From assembly GCA_977020255.1 (NCBI GenBank), contig CDROCS010001386.1:1-64000 (forward strand): a DNA stretch of 64,000 bases, written 5' to 3'. The notes under the pieces are model-generated. The model worked only from the letters and a program-made list of their open reading frames with translations, had not been told where the DNA came from and ran no database searches. Of this stretch, positions 37,501 to 52,700 are shown in pieces (position 1 is the stretch's first letter; the number at the start of each line of letters is the position of its first letter). This DNA is from Obrimoposthia wandeli. Its lineage: Eukaryota. The translations under genes and the position numbers were made by a program.

Positions 37501-40500
37501 CAACCATACCCTTATGATCATGCATAAGTTAAGGGGCCCTGGTGTAAAATAAAAAAGACTTGTAATTTCAAAAATAATAATATTTTTAAATTTACATTTT
37601 GCCAAATTAATTTGTTAGTTTTTGTTAAAGTTAAACAAATTTTAATTTAACGGTTTTTTAAATAAAATATTAAAGTACCAACATCACATATTAGATTATC
37701 ATAATTGAGCTCAACCCTTTCATCTATGGTCGACCATAACCCTCAATCCTTCTACCTACTCCCACAACTGATATGTTTTAATCAAATTAATAACGAAACT
37801 TTATTTAAGAAATAGAAAAGAAAATATCCTAATTATTTAAATATGTGGTCAAAAAAGTACTGTTTTTAGTTCAATTAAATAATTTGCATAATAGCGTGAA
37901 ACACCTAAAATTTTGAATATTATCAATAATAACAGAGTAATTAATTTTTTTAAAATCTTGTTTATTTATTAATATTTACTACTTAAAATGTATTAATTAT
38001 CTACAATTTGATCTAATTTGATCCAATATTGAATAAGACATTGTAAAAAAATATACTTGTATAATATCGTAAAACACAGTGTACATCTTAAAAAATCTGA
38101 TAAAAATATAATATTGACCAGTAGTATCTGTTTATACTTACCTTGTGAGCAAAATAAAACTTAGAATAATTCAGCAATTAGTCATCAGCAGTTATAAATC
38201 ATATATTTGTTAGATACTAGCGCTTTATTAAATATATTATTGTAACTTAATGTCACTTGCGTAGATATCCTCAGAAGATAGTTTTCTTCGATTTGTTTAT
38301 TTTGAATTCAATTCTAAATTAAAATCTTGTAATCAATCATTCTAAGTAAGTTAACTTCATTCTTTGTATGTGCCTTTTTAAAAAATGATAAAAAGACTGT
38401 TCGTGTTTCACATTTAAAAAAAATTCGCTGCAGTCGCTTGTCAACAAAAGTTACCTGACATGAATTGTCTATTTTTATCATATTTTAAAGATTTTTATTC
38501 TAAGGCATGTATATGCATTCAATGTTTTGTCTTGCTGCAATATTTTTCGAACTTATTACAGCTATGCAAGTAACGTAGATAACTTGCTAACATATTTGTG
38601 TGACTCATTTTTTCTAATTCAGTTTATTATAATCCTTGGTCGTTAAGTCAACAGATTGCTATTTCTGTGCATCGAGTCAACGTCATTGAGCTATCGATTT
38701 TTGCCTTGCCTATGGCAGGGCTTGTGTTTCTAGTTCATTTTTTTTAAAAATTCTTAGTCTTGCTTATAACTATTGTGATCAAAGAATGGATTTCTTATCA
38801 AGATCAAAGCGAGTATCAAAGACAGTTTGAAAATATGTTTTGTCAAGTTACAGCGAATATGAATACATCGAACACATCTTATCAGTACATAAATATGACT
38901 CCTGCAATTTGTTAAACTAAAATAAAGAACATGTTTATTTGCAGCTATAAGGCCGAGTACTGACATGGACTTTCCATTGTTCAATGGTTAATAGAAGAAA
39001 ATGGAACGGAAAATTAGCCACCAAAATGGCAGATTTCATTGGAGAAAGTCAGGAAATCAGAGAGCCTACTGACATGGACTTTCCATTGTTCAATGGTTAA
39101 TAAAAGAAAATGGAATGGAAAGTAAGCCACCAAAATGGCAGATTTCATTGGAGAAAGTCAGGAAATGAGAGAGCCTACTCTTGACAACGGCCTCTGGTCG
39201 CGGCGGGATGTCGTGCTCAGCAAGGAGTCTACTGATTGGCAGTGGCACGAGGCCCGGTGAGGCCGGAGTGGTCATTGGCTCGCGTTGGAGATTGCTGATC
39301 TCGAGGTGGGTGACCTTGCCTGCCTGGATCTGGCCCCGATGCTCCATGAACGTCACAGACTTGTTGTGGACGCTCTCGTACCTGCGCATTGAGGGTGCAG
39401 AATGTTCAGAAAATATAACTAACCAATGATAGATTAAGTAGATCTATGTACTATGGAAAATGTCAGTTATAATTATTGTTTACAGTTACAGTTAAACTAA
39501 TTGACGCCATAAAATCAAAATGTCACCTAAATTTGTATTGTTACCTCTTGATTTGCCACAGCTGACAAGGAAACGTTTACGACTCGAATTATCAATCTGT
39601 CTGAAATTCATACATTTTAACTTAGGCGATATTAAATATAAAAAGGAATAAAAATTCAAAAGATTTAACATTTTGAAATAGATATAGAATGCAATTTTTA
39701 ACGAAAAACCTTTCTACTTTGTTAAAGTTACTTTTAACAATAAAAATTGAAATATATTAACCATATTTCCATACATCTGGAAATATTCTTTTACCTTTAA
39801 ATTCGGTTCGAACCGAAATGTTTCACAAAATAATATGATTTTAAGGTTCCATTACTTTCTGGTGTACTTTTTGTATCCAAACATCCGACTAAATCATTAC
39901 TTCCTTGCGATAGAAAGCCCTGTGTAACTTATATTCAAGTTATTGTAAGAAAAGTAATTGTAATAATTAAATAAATACAACATATACAATTATATCAATT
40001 TATATCAATATTAGCCGTCCAAAAAGGTGTACGACCTTTGGAGGCCCTAACATGATATTTTCAGGAAAAGCTTAGAACCTAATGAGGTATTACCATACAC
40101 CATTTGGTAGACTTATCAGTTTTTAGATTTTTTGCTGCGGTTGACCAAAGATAGTGAACGAGACATTTCAGCAAAACGTTAATAATTTAAAAATCATATA
40201 AAAGATCTGATAAAAAAATATAATATAGACTAGTGATATCTGTGAACAAAATAAAACTTGGAAAATAACCTAATTTATCGCCAGACTTTCTTTACAAATA
40301 TAGAAACTGACTGACAAGAACAGATGAAAAACATTATTTTTAGAAAGGGCATGGTCTCGTTAGTCAGAAAAAAATAATTTCAAAGAGTGCATGCTTGTCA
40401 GTCAAAAGTTATGAATCGTCATAAATGAGCAAGAATCAGGTTTTTTTAAAAGGGTTGTCCTGAACCAGTTCTTTGGTGGCTGGCTCATAACACTGAACAA

Positions 40501-43500
40501 AAATTATTTTTCAAAACCAATTAGACTTGTTAGTTACTTAGATACAAATACATTATGCACTTTTTAAGAAAATGGAACAAAGTTTGTCACATGCCATAGT
40601 TTGTTATAATTTCATCATTCTTCATATTTCATTTATTTTAGAGATTGATTTTCTATATTTTGGATATACTTTTATTTAGATTTAAATAACATAACCTATA
40701 TTAATTATCTGTAACACCAGTATCTACCAAAATTGACTTCGTAGAGACGCTTAAAGAACTGGCCAAGATTTGTATAAGTTCTTGTATAAATAATTATTAA
40801 AATTCTGTTTGGTTATGACGGTGTCTGAACTTTCTTCATGCTTCATGGCAATTTATTGTACAATTTTGCACTGTATATATTCGTGGACATGCAAGATCCA
40901 AATTAATTCTAACTTGATCGTAATTTCTTCGAAGGTTATGTAGTTGGATATTTTATGTCTAAATATATTTTAAATATGATAATTTATGGTTTAATGGATC
41001 CTCGCTTCTCTTGGTAACCAATAAAATGTATTTAATATGGAGCGATACTTTTCTCCTTCCTTACATGAAGATAATTCTAATAACAATATTTCTAACACAC
41101 CCTTTCAAATGATTCAACGATTTGTTGAATAGGCTTATTAGCAATGAAATATGTAAATCAAGTATTGGAACTATTAATGTACAGTGCACATTCCAGCATG
41201 TTTAGTATACGTAAATTGTATACTTAAATAATTTGTTTATTTACAAATGCTTTGACATGTTTCCATCCATTGTGAAGCCAATATTCCGAATGGATCTTTT
41301 AGAGTGATATGATGATTTCCTATACTAATGTAGTAAGGATAAGCCTATGTCACTAGAAAATGCGACAAATGTTATAACTAAATATAATTTCGAATTACTA
41401 AATATAAACTCCATCAAACATATACGAATAATATAACAAATAAGATTTACTAAAATGTCCTTTCAAAATGTTGTCAATGCTATGGTCAGACAAACGTCTT
41501 AACTTTATCCAATCGTTTTGTTTTCTTTATAATTTGTGCATCGACTTTATGCAGTCGTCTTCCAATGTTTTTGCATTCTCTCAATTTGAATAAACAAGAG
41601 ATTTGAGAATGAACCAACAGTGCTCAATTTTCACGCAACTCAGTAACCCTAAGATGGTTTTCTCTTAGGCAAAATATTGCAGAAAAGCAGCTACACAACG
41701 TGTATAGTAAGCTGTTGCTACATCTGGCCAAAACAATGCATCCAGTGAACCTTCACTCAAAAAAGGAACTAAACGATTCTCTGTGCACTTTTTGAGATTC
41801 AAGTCTCCAATCAAATTCCCATTTTCTAAGAAAAATTTTTTACATCAAATTTACATCGAAACTCTTGGAGGGAATATTTGTCTCTCTTTAAATTGGATAT
41901 TGATAGGCCAATTAGTCTTATCTTCTGAGTAGAATCCGTGGTTATCACTAAATTCATTTCCACTAATGCTGATGTACTATTCATCATCCATCACTAAAAG
42001 AGAGCATATATATGTTTTGGAATAGGTGTTTTTTTGAAATATTTAGTTTTCCAGATCTTATAGTGTTAGAACAATTTAAAGCATTTATCAGCTTCCTTTT
42101 ATTTGAGAAGCTTCAATGTTTCTTCTATCAACTTTAACTAAATCGAAAGGCTTTCATATTCCATCTCGCTGAATAATTCGATATATGATGCATCTCTATA
42201 ATCCCATATCTATAAAATGCCTTTTTAAAGGTTTAACTGTTGCTCTTAAATTTTGTCCCTGTATAATTGAATTAATTGATTCATATAGGAAATCGACATA
42301 TTAAGACAAAAGGAGTGATTGTCAAATGTTCTAAATGTTTTTCGTTGTAAAAAATGAGCCATATATAAAATGTTTCGATAAGTTGATATTTTTGTTTTAG
42401 TTATTTGATATTATTCTAATTGGTATACATTTGCTGAATTTCCTTGTGATAACCATATTTATCAAAATGGGCGCTTATTAAAATATACAAATATATAAGC
42501 TATATATCAATGTAAATTTTGTGGTTTATAGTTTTATATTTTTGTTAGGTTCATACTTATTGGGCTACAGTAACATGTGAGTTCATTACAGTTTATTCCC
42601 CACCAGTTGATCGAGTTCAATCTTCTACCAGAAGTACAGAACTAATTTTAAATAAATTTTCTAGAGATATCCAAAGAGCTGTTCAGAGTGTTTTTAACAA
42701 TTCTAAAACTAAGTATATTAACGTGTATTGTAGGAAGCTCCATCATTCGGACTTTACACACAGGTGGGATATAGCAGACCCAGTAGAAAACGCACCGACC
42801 AACGAGGAGAACGAGCATATTGTAGGTGAAGTCCACCTGATCGACAGCAGCGGCGTGACCCATTCCTCTAGTGGATACACTGTTAATGCTGAGCAAAACA
42901 TCCCCCTCCCGCAACTTGGCATCCTGGGCCGGACTGTATTGCCGGATCTGGAGACAATTAAAAGTCAATCATAATACAGATCATACCGGGTAATGCATTT
43001 TGCATATTTCAAATATAATTACTAATCAATAGCAATAATAAATCTAATAAAGATCTAATTTATCTATGGTTTAACTCAGTTTACGTTTCTTCAATTCATC
43101 TGTAGATTGTTATAAATATTAGGATGATATATTTCAAATATGATATAACAATATTTATTTTTGTAAAACTGTTAAAAAATTCATAACCGTAAGAATATAC
43201 ATGATAATTCTTAGCGAAATTGCAGACTTACAATTTTTAGTTTTTAGTGTAGTTAGTATATAATAAATTAACAATCTTTGGTTCTTAGCCCACCAAAAAA
43301 ATCTATAAAAACAGTAAATATCATGTAACCTCTAATAATATTATATAAACTCCATGATTTTTCAACTATGGTCGCAAGTTGTTAATACTGCATTTCATGG
43401 AGATAATTTGCCTTTTGTATTTACCAAACAAAAAATTTGTTTTATAATTATTTTTAACCTACAATAAAATTCCTTTTGAATATAAAAAAGTGGTTTATGA

Positions 43501-46500
43501 TGTTATTGTTTAAATCAATCAACTTTTCGTCTGTTATTTACATTATGTATTTTCAAATGTGGAATTAAATACAAGGCAGTATTCGACTGTCGTTCACAAT
43601 GATTTTTTTAAAGAGAAAAAAAATGAAATAAGTCACATTTTTTAATAATTTCAATAAATTAATATAATAATTAAATTGTTTATTTAAATAGAAGTTATAA
43701 TTATAATAATGAAATTTATATATTTAAATATTATAAACATATTAAAAACACCATATTATTAACATAACATAAATCCTTGTAATAATAAATTATAAAAATA
43801 ACAAAAAATAAACATGCATATGACTATTTGATTGTAAAATATTATTATCATATTAAAATGCATTCTAAAAAATTCTAAATGTTTTTTAATGATTTTACAC
43901 ATAAAATTGAGATAAAAATAAATTGTAAAACATCCAAACTTAATATTTTAACTTCTTTGAATAAATTGTTTTAATAATATTTAATCATTTTTATGAGTTT
44001 TTAGCGGCAAATTTAAAAATAGGACTACTGTCGAATACTGCCAAATACAATGAATAACCATTTATGCCCCGACAAATCTACTTCAACGATAATTGAAAGA
44101 TAGCTCAACCAGATTGGTTGAAATTTTCTGAATTACTCAATATAGACGTATTTCCGCCACACAGTATCATTTCTTCGATTGACCTCAACAAAATCTCAAA
44201 ATATACAAACGGTAACAGATGGAGAGTGAAGTAACCTTGCATAAACAATAAAAATAACTAACTTTAAACTACTTAAAATAATTAACAATAAGTATACAAC
44301 TGTTAATATTTGTCCTAAGATTAAATTACTTTTGATTTACAATCGTAATCGATTATTTGTATATTAAATACCTGAGGTTCAATTGCAAACTATCATAAAA
44401 CCACCGTAAAATTCTTTATTTACAACGTATATAAAAATATTTTATGGTGAAAATAATCGCGTTTAGCGGATATTTTATCTACAACTTTATTTAGTGTCTC
44501 AATATATATTTTTTAAACTTTTTGAAGACAGTTAAGAAAATATGAAAATGTATATATAGTATAGATTATTTATTGAAATACGTTTTGGCAATATTTAACT
44601 TTTTGATATCGATATTTTACTACAACACATTTTATGTGTCTTGTATCATAATGTTTTCTTGAACATTTTAATATATTTGAAATGTAAGTCAACATAAATT
44701 TGAGTATAATATTTTCTAAATTACTTAATCAGTAATTTAGGAGAAATTTGAATTGGTCAATACTTTGTTAGTCTATCTATCCATCGTGTGAGTTGAAATT
44801 GTGAAATGTTGTGTTTGAAAATTGAAGTCAATTAAACATTGTTTTAAGGAAAGTCAGGGAAATAAATATAGATATGTTCATCTAAGTGTTGATCGATACA
44901 GTTCGATTTACACTTCATCCTGAAATGATTGTGAAGACTTTCAAAAGGACGATGAACTATTTCATGAATATTTGCAGAGGTACCCAAGCTGGATGTTATT
45001 TCAATGAAGATGACACAGAAAATTATAAAGAAGGAACGGATTCTGATGAAGATGATGGCGAATATGATGCCGAGTATGTTTGCGAAATGATAGACACTGG
45101 AGTGAAATAGAAAAGAGAAAATACCTTACCTAAGCGAAGACACTAGCGCGAAAACATATCTAGGTACAACTTGTATGGAACACAAACATTATCATTCATT
45201 GGCTGTGTTTCTTTGTTAAATTTAATGTACAATATATATTAATGATTGTTATTTTACTGTCGTACATAATGATTTCCTTATATATTTTGAAAATGTACCT
45301 TAACCTAAAAGGAGGTCATATATTATTCTTTTTGTATATATTCTAAAGTAGAGTATGTGACTATGGGCGGGGGTGTATTATGTGTGGGTAAATACGATAA
45401 GTAAATGTATATGTAATGAAATAGTTGTTGGTGTTTTATTTGGATATTGCATAAATTGATTATAGCATATGACCATAATTCAGTAATGGTTATTATCGGT
45501 GTTGATCACCAAGAAAGCGGTGGATTAACAACTGAACCATATATTGTTATTGACAAAGTTCATGAATATAACCGAGGCTATATTATTTGGATCTAAGAAT
45601 AAAACAAACCACATGAAAGAAAAAAGGTTATTACATATCGGTTAAAATATTATTCAATTAAAAAGTAAAATAAAGAACATTGGTAGAGTCCTTGATCAAA
45701 GCATTACAATTAACTGTCAACTTAATAAAATGTTAAGAATATGCAACAGTCATATCGAAAATATTTATCTTATAAGAAAATGCCGTATTACTGAGAAAAT
45801 TACAATGCTAACGAATGCAATTATTACATCAAAACCTTGATTTTCAATTTTTTTCAAACTGTTTAATAAACAGGTTTAGCAGTTAAAATCGACCACAAAA
45901 AGTTTTAAACAAATAATCAGAATTATATTCAAATTAAAGAAAAGTCAGTACAAAGTGAACATATATTGAAGCTTCATTTGCTGTCGATCAATGCCATAAT
46001 TGAAATCAAAATCCTATATATTATCAAAAATTGTAACCTCTCACAAAAGCACAAATATTTATATGATCTACTAGAGTCTGGTGCAGTGAACATGCATATG
46101 CGTCTTAGAAGCAACGGAGGTGACAGCAGATTGTTTAAGAAATTCTCAAATAACAAACAGAGTGATGGGACAGTTAAAATTTAAACTTTAAATATTTATA
46201 ACAATATACTGATGGTTATAAAGAAACTGTAGTAATGTTGAAAAATTCAAAAGTCAGCTGAAGACTTCACAGTTAACAAATTATTACGAAGAAACATGAA
46301 AAACAAGAAGCATTTTTGAGTAATAAATCATAGATTATTTGGATATTAGCGTTATATTAAATAAATTATTGTTAAAAAATAAATTGTTATCGTAAAGTAG
46401 CTTTTATTATGGAGTTTAAAAGGAGCCTAATACAACACTGTACCCTTCTTACTGCATACTTCTTAGTTTGAATTAATATTAAATATAATAACACAAATCA

Positions 46501-46637
46501 GTATTTGCATAAACGATCTATTAAAGATAGACAAAATCACTTGAAAAATTCTCTCAAACGAAATATGATTACAAATTAAAGTATCTAAATTTCATTTGCA
46601 GTATTTGGACAACTGCAAATATTATCCCAGATGTGTA

Positions 46638-46725
<88 letters not shown>

Positions 46726-49700
46726 TTGAATAGATGATATTACAAGTTTTAAATATTTTCACCATTTTGTACACGTTTCTTAAAATTATGAATTTAATAT
46801 TGCTACAACTTTCTAATATAATAAAATATATGAAAAAATTACTAATTATAAACACATTTTATAATTTTATATTCAAAATTAATTATTTAAATGTTCACCT
46901 TTCACTTACAACTTAAAAATGTTTAGGTACATTTTTTAACAATTTTTGAAACATTTCTGTTATTGTTTTGTTGGTTTACATTGATTCTCACGTAACACCA
47001 GAACTAAAAAATCAATAGAGTTATTGAGATATGGAAGGCCACCAATATTCAAAATGATAATTGGTTTGAATTATTAGTTTTTTTCAGTGATGTGCAGTGG
47101 AATTCAATCTTGCAAAAAATTGTTGTTTCATTTCTTTTTGATGTCAAATATAATGATTTATTAGCATTAAATAATATTTTTCTCCATTAACAATGCCATT
47201 GAAAAAGAATACAGGTACTACAATTTTATTCCCGAATCGTCCCCAAACAGATATGGAAGGGAAGTTAATAGGTGGCTTAAAAACCATATTCAGTCGTTCA
47301 TATCCCCATATTGATCAGCACAAAGACATTACACTTTCATCTTAATTTTTAAAATATGTCTGAGGATAGATTATTTTGATATGTAATCCAAAAGAAATAA
47401 CTTTTCCGTAACTAGACAAATAATAAAATATTATACATCTTAAGTTGTTTAAAGTTTACCAGTAATTGTTGTAGAAGTAAATATTTTTACGCTTTTTATG
47501 TAAATTCCTAAATTTATTAAATTTTTATACATTTTCTAATGAAACTTGTAAATGAAGAATTAATGATGACAGTATTGGTTGTAAATATGACCTTCAAATA
47601 ATCGATGTTTGAATAATTTCTAATTGATGCATTTATCAGCAGAATAATTTTACACACAATCGGTAATAGTGAATTAAAAATGTTAATTATTTATATACTA
47701 AACTATATTTGTTTATTTCTAACTACGGTAAATCTGCATTTAAATAGTTGTAAACACATTTTGTGTACAATCTCTGTGTATATGTATAACGGCAGATTTC
47801 CGATTCAGGATTAGTAATATACAGAATCACAAATTTCCTTCTGCTAGAATATGTGATGAACCACTGTTCTTCTCTGATGCATATGCTACTATCATCAGTT
47901 CCAGATGCTTCTGGAACAAAAGTCTGGATGTTGGCTATCAAGAAGAAGACGAGAACGACAACTGAGACTAATTATCGCGGACTGTCAACAGACCAGCATT
48001 AATTATGAATGACTCAATTTTCCCAGCCCAGCTCGGTTGCCAGTACTCACCAGCCTTGAGCTAACGAGGCTCCAATCAGCAGCATATTGTCCCATGTAGC
48101 TGTTCCAGTTCCATTTGTTGCTAAATTCAGGCCTTATTTCATTGACAATTAATGTCTGCTAGTTAACTGTTTCTCCATTGATTAGGGTACAATGATACTT
48201 GATTCGAAGAATGGTAGATAAAGACGAAATAAACCAGATAGCTTGTTTTGTAACATTTGTTCACAGTTTTTAAATTTATGTAATTTAAATATTTATTTAT
48301 GTTTACTTGTAAATCTCATAGTTTGATCATATGCACATTAAACGTTTTTTAACTTAAACTCTTCAGTTTTCATTATAAGCTACATAGTATAAAACTTCGT
48401 GGTATTTCTTAAATATGGAGATATTCAGCATTTTTATAAATCCCTTAATTCTGACCATTCTGAAAACATTATGGCACATTATTATACAAATTTGCATAAT
48501 ATATTCAAAATTCGGGTTACTTTTTTCTTGGCTAAGAGTTTTACAACTCTTCAATTCTCAATGTCACTTGATTTGAATTTTTTAAATGTTATCAAGTCGA
48601 TTTTGTATGTTGTCTTATGTAAAGAATGCTCTTCTGAATAAATAAGAAGATTTTAATTCAACTCTAGCTTTTATCAATAGCCAATGCAAATATATAAGAT
48701 ATGATCTTATGCTGTCCCTTTTTCGTTGGTAAAAATCGAACCTTGGACTAATTACTGAGTGAGTAACTATAATATACACTACTTTCGATCCTATAAGAAA
48801 TAAAATGACACTGAATCTTTGGGATGCATAGCAGTCTAAAATTTCTTCCTTTCATATTTGATCATATATTTTTTTGTACGATTTTTTTTGTAATAATTAT
48901 TTTGGCAAAATAAGTTAAAAAATATCCATAACATTTAATAAGAACGGTTTATTGTAAAGCCGTGTCTTTTGACAAACCCTTGAAATATTAAATATTAAAT
49001 GCCATTAAAAAAGCCACCGGATTAATTCTAAATGGTAGATCACTAATAGCAAAGTCAAAACAAATAAATAAAAAAAACAAAATTAATTTGTTTTCTTTGT
49101 TTTGTTCACTTTATTTGCCAAGCTTGAATTATAGCTGTAGATAATTTCCTGAAGTATTTAAACATTCCAAATTGTAATTTAAATGTGATTTTTATTGACT
49201 TATTTTATATTTGTATTCTTTTCGTCGGTATTCTATTAAAGTATATTATACAATTTTTTATAAATTTGTTTGGACCCTATAAAATTACAAATACAGTTTA
49301 ACAAAAACTCATTTTGAAAAATTGACTTTTTTATACATAAACACGATTAAGTTTAACTATTTTTTATTGTTATTTTTAAAGTACAGGTAACTATTGATAT
49401 TGCAAATAACACATTTGTTCGCAATATCGATAGTTAACTGTAATATATATTAAATTAACAATATTTTAAAAAAGAATTAGTTATATTTTAACAATGATTT
49501 AAAATATTTATTCTATAGTTAACTTATTAATAGTTTAAAATTGATCATAACATAAAAGACATGAAAATGATTAAATGTGTTATTATATAATTATATAATA
49601 AAAAATTGAAAAAATTAACTTTTAAATAGAATAGAAGTTATTTACAATAACAATTTTACTTAACAAATTCATATAAATTATAGTTAATTTGTACATTAAT

Positions 49701-52700
49701 AACTTTTAACAATGCAGATGTGCCGATAAAAAAACTTTACAGAAGTTCTTATAAAATCAAAATAGTTTTATTGTATGAATATGAATAAATTTGGCAAATT
49801 TAAATCTAAAACGTTCCTTTGTATGTAGCAAAATAAGAAATATAATCAGAATAATATTTAAAAGACTTTAAAATCAGACATTATTGTTCATAAATTGAAA
49901 AATTATTTCCATAGAGGGTTTTCAACGTCAGCAATAATTTTAACACAAATTATGTTGAGTGATAAATATTTCTAATTGACTTTTACACCATTTGAAAACC
50001 AAAACGTCTAAAATTGTTAAAAAGTGTCAAAAAAGTCAAATTCCAAAATATTAAACTTTAAATTTTAACATAAAATAGTACATTTAATAGTAAATTTTAA
50101 ATTAACATACTAAATGACCCGAGTATGGCGCCAATTTATTATATTTTCTTAATTTAGTTATATGGATATTATATATGAACTGTTTTAAAATACATAATAT
50201 AGTTGATAGGCTTTGTCCAATAAAGTATAAACTAAACTACGTGTATTTAATAAATTTAAAAAATCGACGACAAAGTTTGAGATATGAAAAATGACAAAGT
50301 TAATGTAATTATTTGTCAACTTCTCAGCAAAGCATATCCAATTCGAGAGATATAATTAAGTTAGCTCACGCACTCGTTGCATAATGATTTCGAAAACTTT
50401 CTATTTTCTCGAAAACTTCAATATGAAGATTCTTTTTAAAAACAAAACCTGACTATTATTTTGCAAGACAGACTATAAAGTTGAGTTTGTAGCTCTGTAC
50501 AATTCGAAGCACCTTTAAAATCAATTCTAGTACAGTTAGAACACGAGGTTGCACAAAATAGAAATCTTCATTATAAAACTATTGTAAGCTATATTACTTT
50601 ATATACAGTATTATAGAGTTTCTATTTATTTTTGTTATTTCATAAAAATCCGTGAGTTAAAAGTTTTTGTCGCTAAAGTTAGAAATGTTCTCAGAAATTC
50701 ATAATTAAATATATAGTTATTAATAATCACAGAGGTCTGACAGGAATGTTGTTTTTGTAAAATGAAGCATACATTTTTGTGCACACATTTTAAGAAAGAA
50801 CACTACATTATGAAAGAAAACGCTATGACCACTGCCTGAGCCATAGCTTATGATAACAATGAAGAAAATCGTCGTTTGTTTTAAGAGAAAATCGATAAGC
50901 AGGTTCCACTTAGGAAAACTACATCCTGTCAGCGAGCAAAATTGATTGAGACAGGAACTCTTGTGAGCGACATACATAGGTCAGGTGCACCGATAACCAC
51001 ATCTGGCGTTACTGGACCTGGTGATAGCAGCAGATAGTGATAACAACACGAAGACTTACGAATTCTCAAAAACAAGAAGGTGTCTATCCTTACAAACTCC
51101 CATATTCACAATATCTGAATAACGGCGACGATGATCGAAGACTTCAGCTGAACTCAAAAACGAATGTGTGTTTGCCTTAGAAGAGTGTGTCAATAAACAC
51201 AATATTCAAAAATTGACCATTTTGAACAACATTTTGCTAACCCATGGAATTAGAAGACGTGGGTCAATAGAGAAGCTATTAAAATCCCCTGATCTCACAT
51301 TGTGGGATAATGGTTTGTGGGAATATTTGCGGTCTAAAGTATATGTGAATGGAGAGACCTTTGGAAATGTTGACGCACTGTCAGGATCATTCCAGCCGGA
51401 ATAGAAGCTATACTAATGAAAACGTTTAGAGATTCCTCCAAAATATTTGTTAAACATTTTGATTTCTGCAAACATGTACAGGGAGGACATTTTGAAAAGC
51501 AGTAAAGACAATGTGCATTATTTGTGTGTATTTTTTCTTCATGAACTGTATTTTATGCTTGTATATTAATTAAAAATATGATATCATATGTTAATAAATC
51601 TATCCTATAGTATTTTTATTATAGCAAAAACTCACAATGTACATGGTTCATTAAGTGTAATCTGAATATCATTCTTCTCCATCTTCTTCTATTATTTCCC
51701 TGATACCGCATATGTCTGTGCCAAGGTTTAGAGTAAGCATATCTTTTTAGGATTATGTGTGGAAAGTAATTTGAATTATTCCACGATTCTAAACTGCATT
51801 TACTAATTTCATTCATATTGTACTTTTTTCAATTTTGATTCGAAAAATAATTTTGTATTTAGAATATTTTTATAATTGCACTATTCGTTGACCTTATGGT
51901 ACTTCGATTTCATTCCTTGTCTTGACAATGATTAAGTTTACAATTTATGGAGCTATTTTTCACATTATTTTTCTCAATTGAGTACATATTTAGTTACTTA
52001 TATGGCATAGATAATTTTTATTTATATCGCAATTAATTACTATATTAAAAGTGAGCCCTCTGTAAAATTTAATTGGATATAATTTATATATATATATACA
52101 CAGAGTTCACTGTAAATAAGTTTATTAAATAAAATGTAAATTCTACCATAAACCATCAAAATAGCTAAAACCACCTAAAATTTGAATCTACTATATTCCA
52201 AAGAGTATGTTAGAGTGCAAAAGCAACATTGAAATGTAATGTTCGATGTTCCAGCTTAACACACTTCAGAAGAACATTGTCGGAGTGTTATTAGATGAAG
52301 AAATACGAAGAAATTTGATTTGAAACGCATCTGAAGTGAGGTCAGATAATTTTTTTTAAACTTTCGGTTTTACTTTTAGTTATAAGTAATAGTTTTATTA
52401 AAAAACTATTAAAATAAATTATATACGAGTTTGGATAAATAAATGAGGATAACTTTGCTTATATTCGATGTAAAAGGCTCAAAATTGAGAAAACTATTTA
52501 TTTATAATAAAAAATTTCGTGTAAATTTTCACTTAAATCGATAATTAATGGCATTTCTAGAACTGATATTTGGAAGTGTTTTTTCCACAATTGGAAAATT
52601 GGTCTTAATTCATCTTCAATCGTTGAGGAAGTAATTGAAATGCATCAAATGAAATGACACTGTTACAACTCCCTTTTGCAAAGTTAAATTAATATGTTGG

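Noticed and set aside
38136-38160. AG|GTAAGT as a recursive splice site or micro-exon
   Set aside because: The flanking sequence recurs near 40240-40260 without the motif, so it looks repeat-derived. There is no supporting exon.
44886-45110. Acidic 74-aa plus-strand ORF
   Set aside because: No splice or motif support. Probably a TE relic or chance ORF.
45680-46300. ORFs 45966..46184 and 25458..25673 sharing KKFSNNKQS
   Set aside because: They are copies of an interspersed repeat (also similar to 35380-35700) in opposite orientations, not genes.
46622-46916. ORFs containing YIYIYI runs
   Set aside because: Artefact of the (TA)n microsatellite.
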